This document shows, piece after piece, positions 57,044 through 64,000 of a stretch of DNA of 64,000 nucleotides (positions are counted from its first letter, which is position 1; each line of letters opens with the position of its first letter). The position numbers and the translations under genes are program-made. The stretch is from an uncultured Bacillota bacterium (GTDB taxonomy: Bacteria > Bacillota > Clostridia > Christensenellales > UBA1242), in assembly GCA_900544595.1 (NCBI GenBank), contig UQVQ01000002.1:75690-139689 (forward strand), read 5' to 3'. The notes beneath the pieces are model-generated. The model saw nothing but the letters and a program-made list of their open reading frames with translations, did no database searches and had not been told where the DNA came from.

Positions 57044-57241
57044 ATGAATTTCTTCAACGGATTTGGCTTTGGCGGAAATGGATGCGACTGCTGCTCACTT
57101 ATCATCTTGCTCTTACTCTTATCGTCTTGCGGATGCGGAAACGGCGAAGGATTTGGCGGAAACGGATGCGACTGCTTAATTTGGATTCTTCTCTTATCCT
57201 GCCTTTGCAACAATGGCAACACTTGCGGAAACAGACCATAA
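57044..57241 (+). CDS. Small Cys/Gly-rich hydrophobic protein with an internal duplication (65 aa)
   Basis: AAGGAGG RBS. MNFFNGFGFGGNGCDCCSLIILLLLLSSCGCGNGEGFGGNGCDCLIWILLLSCLCNNGNTCGNRP, followed by a terminator. Confidence 0.5.
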   Translation: MNFFNGFGFGGNGCDCCSLIILLLLLSSCGCGNGEGFGGNGCDCLIWILLLSCLCNNGNTCGNRP

Positions 57242-57294
57242 TTTTAGCTTACATAAAAAACTTGCGTAATTTTTCCCCCGAAAAGCGCAAAAAG

Positions 57295-57320
57295 AAACCT
57301 TGCTTCATGCAAGGTTTTTT
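57295..57320. terminator. Bidirectional terminator
   Basis: Stem AAACCTTGC / GCAAGGTTT plus a T-run. Overlaps the stop of the HtrA-like gene. Confidence 0.65.
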
Positions 57321-58408
57321 CTTGTTAATGTTAAACTTGTTTTTCTTTCAACTCCTTCTCGAAGGAAAGTTAATTCAACAGCATCGCCAACTTTATAGTT
57401 ATAAACCGCGGTTCGCAAATCGAGCATGGTTTTAATTTCAAAATTGTCAAGCCCCGTTATTATGTCTTCTTTGTTAATTCCCGCTTTTGCAATTGCCCCA
57501 GAAGGGTCGAGATTTACAACATAAACTCCGGTTTTGTTAAGCGTTCGTCCATAGAAAAGCGCAATTTCGCTGTCGAGCCCAAACATTCCAAGATATGGCG
57601 TTTCATATTTCCCGTCTTCTAAAATGTGGGAAACAACAGGAAGAGCAACTTCAATTGGAATTGCAAAGCCAATGCCCTCCGCTTCCGAAACTTTTAACGT
57701 GTTAATTCCAACAACTTCGCCGCGTGCGTTAATTAACGGGCCGCCGCTGTTCCCTGGGTTAATGCTTGCATCGTGTTGAAACAAGTTTTGAAGATAACTT
57801 GTTGAGCCGTCTTCATTTTCAAGTTCAACTGTTCTGTTTGTTGCAGATATTATCCCTTTTGTAACTGTGTGTTTAAATTGAAGAGTTAATGGCGTTCCAA
57901 TTGCAATAACATCTTCCCCAGTTTGAACAACGCTTGAATCCCCCGCTTGCAAATATGGCATATCAACGGTTGTTTTAATAACCGCAAGATCCATTGCAGG
58001 GTCGCGCCAAACAAGGCTTGCGCGCCCGCTTGTTTTGTTAGCATAATAAACAGTTATTGAAGACGAATCCTCAACAACATGGTTGTTTGTTAAAACATAT
58101 CCGCCTTCGGCAATTGCAACACCGCTTCCAACGCTTTCAATTCCGTCATAAACTGCGCTAATTCCAACAACCGCCGGAGCAACAAGCGAAACAATCTCCT
58201 CGAAATTTGTTTTTTGCGAAGATGAAATTTTCCTTGGAGTCATATTTATGTTAACATCTGGTGTTCCGTTAATGCCATTATAGTTCCCAAAGCAGCCGCA
58301 AAGGCAAAATGGGAAAATTAAAAAAAATAACAATAATGGAAAAAGTTTATGTTTCATATTGTTATTTTGCTTATTTTTGCGTTTTTTATTACTTATAAGT
58401 TTTACCAA
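57305..58408 (-). CDS. HtrA/DegP-family trypsin-like serine protease with a PDZ domain
   Basis: TNNHVV (His), DLAVIK (Asp), GNSGGPLIN (Ser) and a C-terminal PDZ. Start uncertain: TTG at 58408, or ATG at 58357 giving a lipoprotein-like MKHKLFPLLLFFLIFPFCLCGC. Confidence 0.85.
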   Translation of the reverse strand: MVKLISNKKRKNKQNNNMKHKLFPLLLFFLIFPFCLCGCFGNYNGINGTPDVNINMTPRKISSSQKTNFEEIVSLVAPAVVGISAVYDGIESVGSGVAIAEGGYVLTNNHVVEDSSSITVYYANKTSGRASLVWRDPAMDLAVIKTTVDMPYLQAGDSSVVQTGEDVIAIGTPLTLQFKHTVTKGIISATNRTVELENEDGSTSYLQNLFQHDASINPGNSGGPLINARGEVVGINTLKVSEAEGIGFAIPIEVALPVVSHILEDGKYETPYLGMFGLDSEIALFYGRTLNKTGVYVVNLDPSGAIAKAGINKEDIITGLDNFEIKTMLDLRTAVYNYKVGDAVELTFLREGVERKTSLTLTRKNLA

Positions 58409-58785
58409 ATTCCAACTAGCGTTACAATTATTCCAATAATAATTACAGCAAGAAGAACAAGAAGAAGAATTGTTAGCGAGCGTTTTTGGCGATAGTCTTT
58501 ATAATATCCTTTAACAATTCTTGGATCGCCATTTTCAAGTTGGTCTTTTGTTATAAGCCCATTATTGTATAGTTCAACAAAATATGTTTCAAGACCTTCG
58601 TCATATTGTTTTTTCATTAACTTCAAATTGTAGATTTTGTTATATAAGAAAAATCCCATGAAAAGAACAAATGCAACAGAAGAAACATAGGAAAATCCGT
58701 CCCAAACTTTTCTTAAAAGAGCCGAAGCAACTGCAACAACTGCCAAAATGCTTAAAACAACAATTTCCCAAACTCTCATTTTCAT
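58402..58785 (-). CDS. Small membrane protein (127 aa, 3 TM segments)
   Basis: Hydrophobic segments; translationally coupled to glnS (ATGA overlap) and overlapping the HtrA-like ORF. Confidence 0.45.
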   Translation of the reverse strand: MKMRVWEIVVLSILAVVAVASALLRKVWDGFSYVSSVAFVLFMGFFLYNKIYNLKLMKKQYDEGLETYFVELYNNGLITKDQLENGDPRIVKGYYKDYRQKRSLTILLLVLLAVIIIGIIVTLVGIW

Positions 58786-60443
58786 ATTTTCTTTGTTTCC
58801 TTTAATGTTATTGTTCTGTTGAAAACCATCTTTTCGTCTGACGAATCTTTATCTAAACAGAAATATCCATTTCTAATGAATTGATATCTCTCATCAAAAT
58901 TAACATCAAGCCCGCTTTCAATATAGCAGTTTTCCAAAACAATTTTACTGTTTGGATTAAGTTTGTAACCTTCAACAGCATGTTCCTGCCCTTCAACATC
59001 GCTTGCGGAAGATTCATCGATAAGGTTTTCAAAAAGACGAACTTCAATCTTATCCGCATGAGAAGGATTTATCCAATGGATTGTTCCTTTAACTTTTTTC
59101 GTGCAATCCGAACCAGATTTTGTGTCTGGCAAATACTCGCAATAAACTTTTGTAACATTTCCGTTTTCATCTTCGTCAAAGCCTGTGCAGCGAACAATGT
59201 ATGCGCCTTTAAGGCGAACTTCTGCGCCAACATAAAGACGATAGAATTTTGGGTTTGGCTCTTTAATGAAATCTTCTTTTTCAATTAAAAGATGTTTTCC
59301 AAAATAGTAGGTTCTTTCGCCTTTGTTTTCTTCGCGTTGTGGATAGTCTTCAAGATAAACTTCCTCTTCTTTTCCCTCTTCATAATTTGTTATTTCAAGT
59401 TCCAAAGGATTTAAAACAGCCATAACACGGCGGGAAACTTGGTTAAGAGTGTTACGAATGAAATGTTCAAGGAACGCTGGCTCTAAAAGTGCGTTGCTTT
59501 TTGTTATTCCTGCTCCAACAACAAAGTCTTTAAGACTTTCTGGGAGAACTCCGCGGCGTTTGAGCCCGCGAAGGGAATATAATCTTGGGTCGTCAAATCC
59601 AGAAACAACTCCGTCTTGAACAAGTTTTTTAATAAATCTTTTCCCTAAAATTGCGCCTTTAATATAAAGGTTTGCATATTCAATTTGTCGAGGGTTGTTC
59701 CCTGTTTTGCAGTTTTCAACAACCCAATTATATAAAGGACGATGATCCTCAAATTCTGGGCCACAAATTGAATGGGAAACGCCTTCAAGCGCATCGTCGA
59801 GAGGGTGGGAGAAATCGTAGGAAGGATAGATTTTCCATGTGTCGCCAATGCGTTGGTGGTGGTTAAATTGAATTCGATATATAACAGGGTCGCGCATGTT
59901 CATATTTGGGCTTGCCATGTCAATTTTTGCACGCAAGCAGCGAGAACCCGCTGGGAAATCTCCGTTTTTCATTTTTTCAAAAAGTTCAAGGTTTTCTTCA
60001 ACGCTTCTGTTTCGATATGGACTTTCAACTCCTGGCTCTGTTAAAGTTCCGCGTGTTTTTGAAAGTTCTTCTGGCGAAAGATCGCAAACATATGCTTTTC
60101 CATCTTTAATAAGTTGAACAGCATATTCATAGTTCTTTTGAAAATAGTCGGTTGCGTAGTGAATTTCATTCCAGTGGTATCCAAGCCATTTAACATCTTC
60201 TTGAATTGCATCAACAAATTCCTGACTTTCTTTTGTTGGATTTGTGTCGTCATATCTAAGGTTGCAAACGCCGCCATATTTTTGCGCAATTCCATAGTTA
60301 AGGACGATGTTTCTAACATGCCCAATATGCAAATATCCGCTTGGTTCTGGGGGGTGACGAGTTTGAATTGCTTTAACTCTGCCGTCGGCGATGTCCTTGT
60401 TAATAATTTCTTCAATGAAGTTTGTTGCTTCAACTTTTTCCAT
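58782..60443 (-). CDS. glnS: Glutamine--tRNA ligase
   Basis: NFIEEIINKDIADGRVKAIQTRHPPEPSGYLHIGHVRNIVLNYGIAQKYGGVCNLRYDDTNPTKE is nearly collinear with the E. coli GlnRS N-terminus; 553 aa. Confidence 0.93.
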   Translation of the reverse strand: MEKVEATNFIEEIINKDIADGRVKAIQTRHPPEPSGYLHIGHVRNIVLNYGIAQKYGGVCNLRYDDTNPTKESQEFVDAIQEDVKWLGYHWNEIHYATDYFQKNYEYAVQLIKDGKAYVCDLSPEELSKTRGTLTEPGVESPYRNRSVEENLELFEKMKNGDFPAGSRCLRAKIDMASPNMNMRDPVIYRIQFNHHQRIGDTWKIYPSYDFSHPLDDALEGVSHSICGPEFEDHRPLYNWVVENCKTGNNPRQIEYANLYIKGAILGKRFIKKLVQDGVVSGFDDPRLYSLRGLKRRGVLPESLKDFVVGAGITKSNALLEPAFLEHFIRNTLNQVSRRVMAVLNPLELEITNYEEGKEEEVYLEDYPQREENKGERTYYFGKHLLIEKEDFIKEPNPKFYRLYVGAEVRLKGAYIVRCTGFDEDENGNVTKVYCEYLPDTKSGSDCTKKVKGTIHWINPSHADKIEVRLFENLIDESSASDVEGQEHAVEGYKLNPNSKIVLENCYIESGLDVNFDERYQFIRNGYFCLDKDSSDEKMVFNRTITLKETKKI

Positions 60444-60565
60444 TTTCTTGCCTCTCTTTTAAGTGCTTTAATAAAAATATCATTAAATAAGATTAAAGTC
60501 AATAAAAATGCCTTGCGCAATTTAAAATGCTATGAAATTTAAGGATTTTGGGTTATAATAACAAT

Positions 60566-63079
60566 ATGGAACAATTGCTTATTATCGACGGAAACAGCAT
60601 TATCAATCGCTCTTTCTACGCTCTCCCACTTTTAACAAACAGCAAGGGGGAATTTTCAAACGCAGTTTATGGCTTTGCAAACACACTAACCAAGGCAATT
60701 TTGGATTTAAAGCCAAAATATATTGCCGTTGCCTTCGACTTTGGAAAGAAAACTTTTCGAAATGAAATCTATTCGGACTATAAAGCAACGCGAAAGGGAA
60801 TGCCTTCGGAACTTGCGTGCCAAATGCCAATTCTTAAAAATCTTCTTTCGTCAATGGGAATTTCCTATTTTGAAATGCAAAACATAGAAGCCGACGACAT
60901 TATTGGAACAATCGCAAAAACACCGGGAGTTAAAAAAGTTCTCCTCTCGGGCGACAGAGATTTGTTCCAACTTCTCGACGACTCAACAATCATGTGGTTT
61001 CCTAAAAAAGGTGTTTCGGAAATTGACATAATAACTTCAAAAAATTTGGAAGAAAAATTTGGATGCAAACCAGAAGAAGTTGTTGAGTTTAAATCAATTC
61101 GTGGCGACGCTTCCGACAATATCCCAGGTGTTGTTGGAATTGGAGAAAAAGGTGCTTTCGATTTAATTAAAAAATATGGGACGCTTGAAAAAGTTTATGA
61201 AAATTTGAACGATTTTTCGCCAAAAATGCGCGAAAAACTTGAAAAAAGCAAAGATTTAGCATTCATTTCCAAAAAACTTGCAACAATCAACCGAAATGTT
61301 CCCCTTGATTTTAAGCTTGAAAATTTAACCTACACTTTCCCATATTCAAAGGAAACCTACAACTTTTTTGAAGACTATGAATTTAAAAGTTTGCTTAAAA
61401 GAAAAGACATTTTTTCGAATGAATTTGAACTTCCAAAATCTCATGAAAAAACTTTTGAAATTGTTAAAGTTGAAAGCGAACAAACCCTAGATAAACTTAT
61501 TTCCTACATTAAAGAGGAAGGAAGAATTGCGTTCGATTTTCAAAGTGAGCCAAAAATTTCTTGTTCCCCAAATGTTTTATATTCTTTCTCGCAAGAAATT
61601 TCAATGTTCTCTTCTTCAATATCTTTTGAAACCGCGCTTGAAAAACTTAAACCAATTTTCGAAAACAAAAACATTGAAAAAATTTGTTACGATTTTAAAA
61701 AGCATTTGCACATTTTAAGCGCATATAATATTTCCCCATGCGGGGATGTTTTCGACCTTTCAATTGCAAAATATTTAACCTCCAACAAAGCAAAAATTGA
61801 AACCGACCCTCCTTTCTATTTCTTTCTTAAAAAAGAACTTAAAGAGGAACTTGAAAATCTTTCTTTAATGGATTTATACTCCAAAATTGAACTTCCTTTA
61901 ACAACTGTTTTGTTTTCAATGGAAAAAGACGGGCTTAAAGTTGACGAAAACGAACTTTTGCTTTTGAAAACCTCGCTTGAAAGCGAACTTGAAAAAATAA
62001 CTGAAAAAGTTGTTGAACTTGCGGGCGAAAGTTTTAACATCAATTCCCCAAAACAACTTGGGAACATTTTGTTTAATAAACTTGGGCTTTTAGCGAGAAA
62101 TAACAAGAAAAATTCAACAAATGTTGAAATTCTTCAAGAAATTTCGCTTCAACACCCAATTGTTCCCGAAATTTTGAAATATCGCAAAATTCAAAAACTT
62201 CTTTCAACCTATGTTGAAGCGTTCTATGAAATTTCAAAAAGAGAAGGCGGATATATTCGAACAATTTTCAATCAAACTCTAACCGCAACTGGAAGACTTT
62301 CGTCAAGCGAACCAAACCTTCAAAATCTTCCAATTCGCGACGAAGAAGGAAAGAAACTTCGAAAAGTTTTCGTTTCGCGCTTCGAAGGCGGCGAAGTTGT
62401 TTCTGCCGACTATAATCAAATTGAACTTCGTTTAATGGCGCATTACAGCCAAGACAAAACCATGATTGCGTCATACAAACGAAACGAAGATATCCACGCA
62501 AGAACAGCGTCGGAAATTTTTGAAATTCCTCTTTCAGCGGTTTCAGCGAATCAGCGCCGCCTTGCAAAAAGTGTTAACTTCGGAATCATTTATGGAATAA
62601 GCGAATATGGGCTTTCCCAAAACCTTGGAATTTCGGTTAAAAAAGCAGCGGAATATATGAAAAAATATTTCGAAAGATTCCCCCGCGTTAAAGAATACAT
62701 GAACGAAAGTATTGAACTTGCAAAATCTCAAGGATATGCAAAAACGCTTTTTGGAAGAATTCGTCCAATTCCAGAACTTTCCGCAGATAATTCTGCTGTT
62801 CGAAAATTTGGCGAACGCGTTGCAATTAACATGCCTCTTCAAGGAACAGCCTCCGACATAATTAAACTTGCAATGATTAATGTTTCAAGCCGAATTAAAA
62901 AGGAAAATTTGCAATCAAAACTCGTTTTGCAAATTCACGACGAACTTATTGTAGACAGTCCAAGCGAGGAAGTTAAAACTGTTAAGCAAATTCTTAAAGA
63001 AGAAATGGAAAGCGTTGTTTCTCTTTCAATTCCCCTTCCTGTTGAAGTTTCAAGCGGCAAAAATTTATATGAATGTTAA
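60566..63079 (+). CDS. polA: DNA polymerase I
   Basis: 5'-nuclease domain (LLIIDGNS...), a degenerate 3'-5' exo-like domain, and pol motifs A (VSADYNQIELR), B (RRLAKSVNFGIIYG) and C (QIHDEL). Confidence 0.93.
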   Translation: MEQLLIIDGNSIINRSFYALPLLTNSKGEFSNAVYGFANTLTKAILDLKPKYIAVAFDFGKKTFRNEIYSDYKATRKGMPSELACQMPILKNLLSSMGISYFEMQNIEADDIIGTIAKTPGVKKVLLSGDRDLFQLLDDSTIMWFPKKGVSEIDIITSKNLEEKFGCKPEEVVEFKSIRGDASDNIPGVVGIGEKGAFDLIKKYGTLEKVYENLNDFSPKMREKLEKSKDLAFISKKLATINRNVPLDFKLENLTYTFPYSKETYNFFEDYEFKSLLKRKDIFSNEFELPKSHEKTFEIVKVESEQTLDKLISYIKEEGRIAFDFQSEPKISCSPNVLYSFSQEISMFSSSISFETALEKLKPIFENKNIEKICYDFKKHLHILSAYNISPCGDVFDLSIAKYLTSNKAKIETDPPFYFFLKKELKEELENLSLMDLYSKIELPLTTVLFSMEKDGLKVDENELLLLKTSLESELEKITEKVVELAGESFNINSPKQLGNILFNKLGLLARNNKKNSTNVEILQEISLQHPIVPEILKYRKIQKLLSTYVEAFYEISKREGGYIRTIFNQTLTATGRLSSSEPNLQNLPIRDEEGKKLRKVFVSRFEGGEVVSADYNQIELRLMAHYSQDKTMIASYKRNEDIHARTASEIFEIPLSAVSANQRRLAKSVNFGIIYGISEYGLSQNLGISVKKAAEYMKKYFERFPRVKEYMNESIELAKSQGYAKTLFGRIRPIPELSADNSAVRKFGERVAINMPLQGTASDIIKLAMINVSSRIKKENLQSKLVLQIHDELIVDSPSEEVKTVKQILKEEMESVVSLSIPLPVEVSSGKNLYEC

Positions 63080-63086
63080 CAAAAAT

Positions 63087-63109
63087 GCAGCATTTTTTGC
63101 TGCTTTTTT
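63087..63109 (+). terminator. Rho-independent terminator of polA
   Basis: Stem GCAGCA / TGCTGC followed by a T-run. Confidence 0.6.
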
Positions 63110-63332
63110 ATTTTTTGCAGTGTTTATTTTCTTGATCTTCGCAAAGTTTTTTTGAAATTATTGTTTGCATTGTTGCCGAAATTTGAGTTAAAACGCTTTT
63201 AATTAAATTAAGCTGGGAAATTGTTTTTCCTTTTGAAAGTTCAAGAGCAATTTGCGTTGAAATTAAAGCAAGTTTTTCTGGCGAACAATTTTCCATAATT
63301 TTATTTATGAACCTATGCTTCTTTTTCGTCAC
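63108..63332 (-). CDS. Small hypothetical protein (74 aa or shorter)
   Basis: ORF only; no clear RBS or family. Confidence 0.3.
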   Translation of the reverse strand: MTKKKHRFINKIMENCSPEKLALISTQIALELSKGKTISQLNLIKSVLTQISATMQTIISKKLCEDQENKHCKK

Positions 63333-63447
63333 AAAATTTACTTTTCAGCTATAATAAATTCATGTGAATTTGTTAAGATTTTTAAAAAATACTATTGATT
63401 TTATATTACAAATATGCTATTATATCGTGAAAATTGGAGGTAAAAAT

Positions 63448-64000
63448 ATGTCATTTAAACATAACTTCACTCAAAACGATTGGGACAACTTAACCCAAAC
63501 AACAAAGGACGACATTAACTTCGCCCTCAGCCAAGAACTTGACAGCATTGGAAACTTCGTTTTTAACAAAAGTGAAAAATCTGTTAATGCTTTAATTCAA
63601 ATGGCCCAAAGTTTAACAAACCCAAAAACAATTGGAGCAATCCAAACAAAACAAGAATGGGCAACAACCGCAAGAAACGGAAAAGTTATGGAAAGCATCA
63701 AACCATATTCAAATGCTGGCTATTCAAGCCTTGCCGTAACACTTCCTTGGTGGGACGCATCAAAACTTCTTATTCCTGTTAAGAGAAATTATTCCGAACA
63801 AAACTGCTCCTTGCCACTTTCCGCTTCAAGATACAAAAAATTTGTTGAAAAAATTCAACCAACTTTTGGTCTTAAAGTTGTTGAAAATTCAAGCTACTCT
63901 TCCCCAACAACCTATGGAATTGAAAAAGTTAAGGAAGCTGCTTTCAAAAAAGCAGATGCAATTGTTCTAAATTGCAATAACGCAGTAACAACCGACTACG
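63448..64000 (+). CDS. Hypothetical protein, N-terminal part (runs off the right edge)
   Basis: GGAGG RBS before the ATG at 63448. Open frame to the window end (MSFKHNFTQNDWDNLTQTTKDD...). Not in the ORF track because there is no stop. Confidence 0.5.
   Translation, partial: MSFKHNFTQNDWDNLTQTTKDDINFALSQELDSIGNFVFNKSEKSVNALIQMAQSLTNPKTIGAIQTKQEWATTARNGKVMESIKPYSNAGYSSLAVTLPWWDASKLLIPVKRNYSEQNCSLPLSASRYKKFVEKIQPTFGLKVVENSSYSSPTTYGIEKVKEAAFKKADAIVLNCNNAVTTDY

Noticed and set aside
60444-60565. T-box or other leader upstream of glnS.
   Set aside because: Only about 100 nt are shared with the divergent polA start. That is too short for a T-box, and no specifier/T-box sequence was seen.
1-64000. 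Alternative genetic code (TGA=Trp, as in Mollicutes), considered because of the low GC and the DUF285 repeats.
   Set aside because: TGA terminates several well-defined genes (for example the 106-aa gene at 44522 and the HtrA-like gene at 57305). Long housekeeping ORFs are intact under the standard code.

Overview
This is a low-GC, Firmicutes/Clostridia-like chromosomal segment read with the standard genetic code (TGA is used as a stop). All calls come from reading the sequence and the ORF translations. No database search was run.

About two thirds of the window is ordinary housekeeping backbone:
- recO (partial), a GGGtGRT/NifU-like pair, truA, rpsI-rplM, comEC, holA.
- The trans-translation cluster secG-rnr-smpB-ssrA(tmRNA).
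- prfA with a DUF1385-PrmC fusion, rpmE, pnp-rpsO, secDF.
- A tRNA-Gly / tRNA-Cys / tRNA-Leu group.
- A LysR regulator, an SSB-like protein, a polysaccharide deacetylase, HtrA, glnS and polA.

Two accessory regions stand out.

(1) 29.9-33.0 kb holds a collagen-like (BclA-type) protein, a DUF11-like protein and an ankyrin-repeat protein.

(2) About 34.2-53.2 kb is a roughly 19-kb, visibly more AT-rich island. It starts directly 3' of tRNA-Leu(UAA) and ends at a decayed serine-recombinase gene. It contains four parts:
- (a) A decayed helicase / NrdG-like / exonuclease gene set.
- (b) A higher-GC tetracycline ribosomal-protection gene with its leader-attenuator and an IS3 transposase remnant. This insertion truncated the flanking genes of (a).
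- (c) A tight five-gene operon: a transmembrane-less FtsH-like AAA+/M41 protease, a 106-aa internally triplicated protein, a WYL (BrxR-like) regulator, a GmrSD-type (DUF262/DUF1524) type IV restriction enzyme and a 61-aa Cys-rich protein. It has a divergent XRE regulator, and the whole module is bracketed by ~60-bp direct repeats.
- (d) A second co-directional cluster: a DUF3990 (ART-like motifs) / DUF3791-HTH pair, a short HTH protein, a Zn-ribbon protein, a GIY-YIG-like protein, DUF1810, an unknown 200-aa protein and a tandemly duplicated DUF4268-like gene.

The FtsH-like protease plus small-protein module (c) is my best candidate for an undescribed defence-type system. No rRNA genes or CRISPR arrays were seen.
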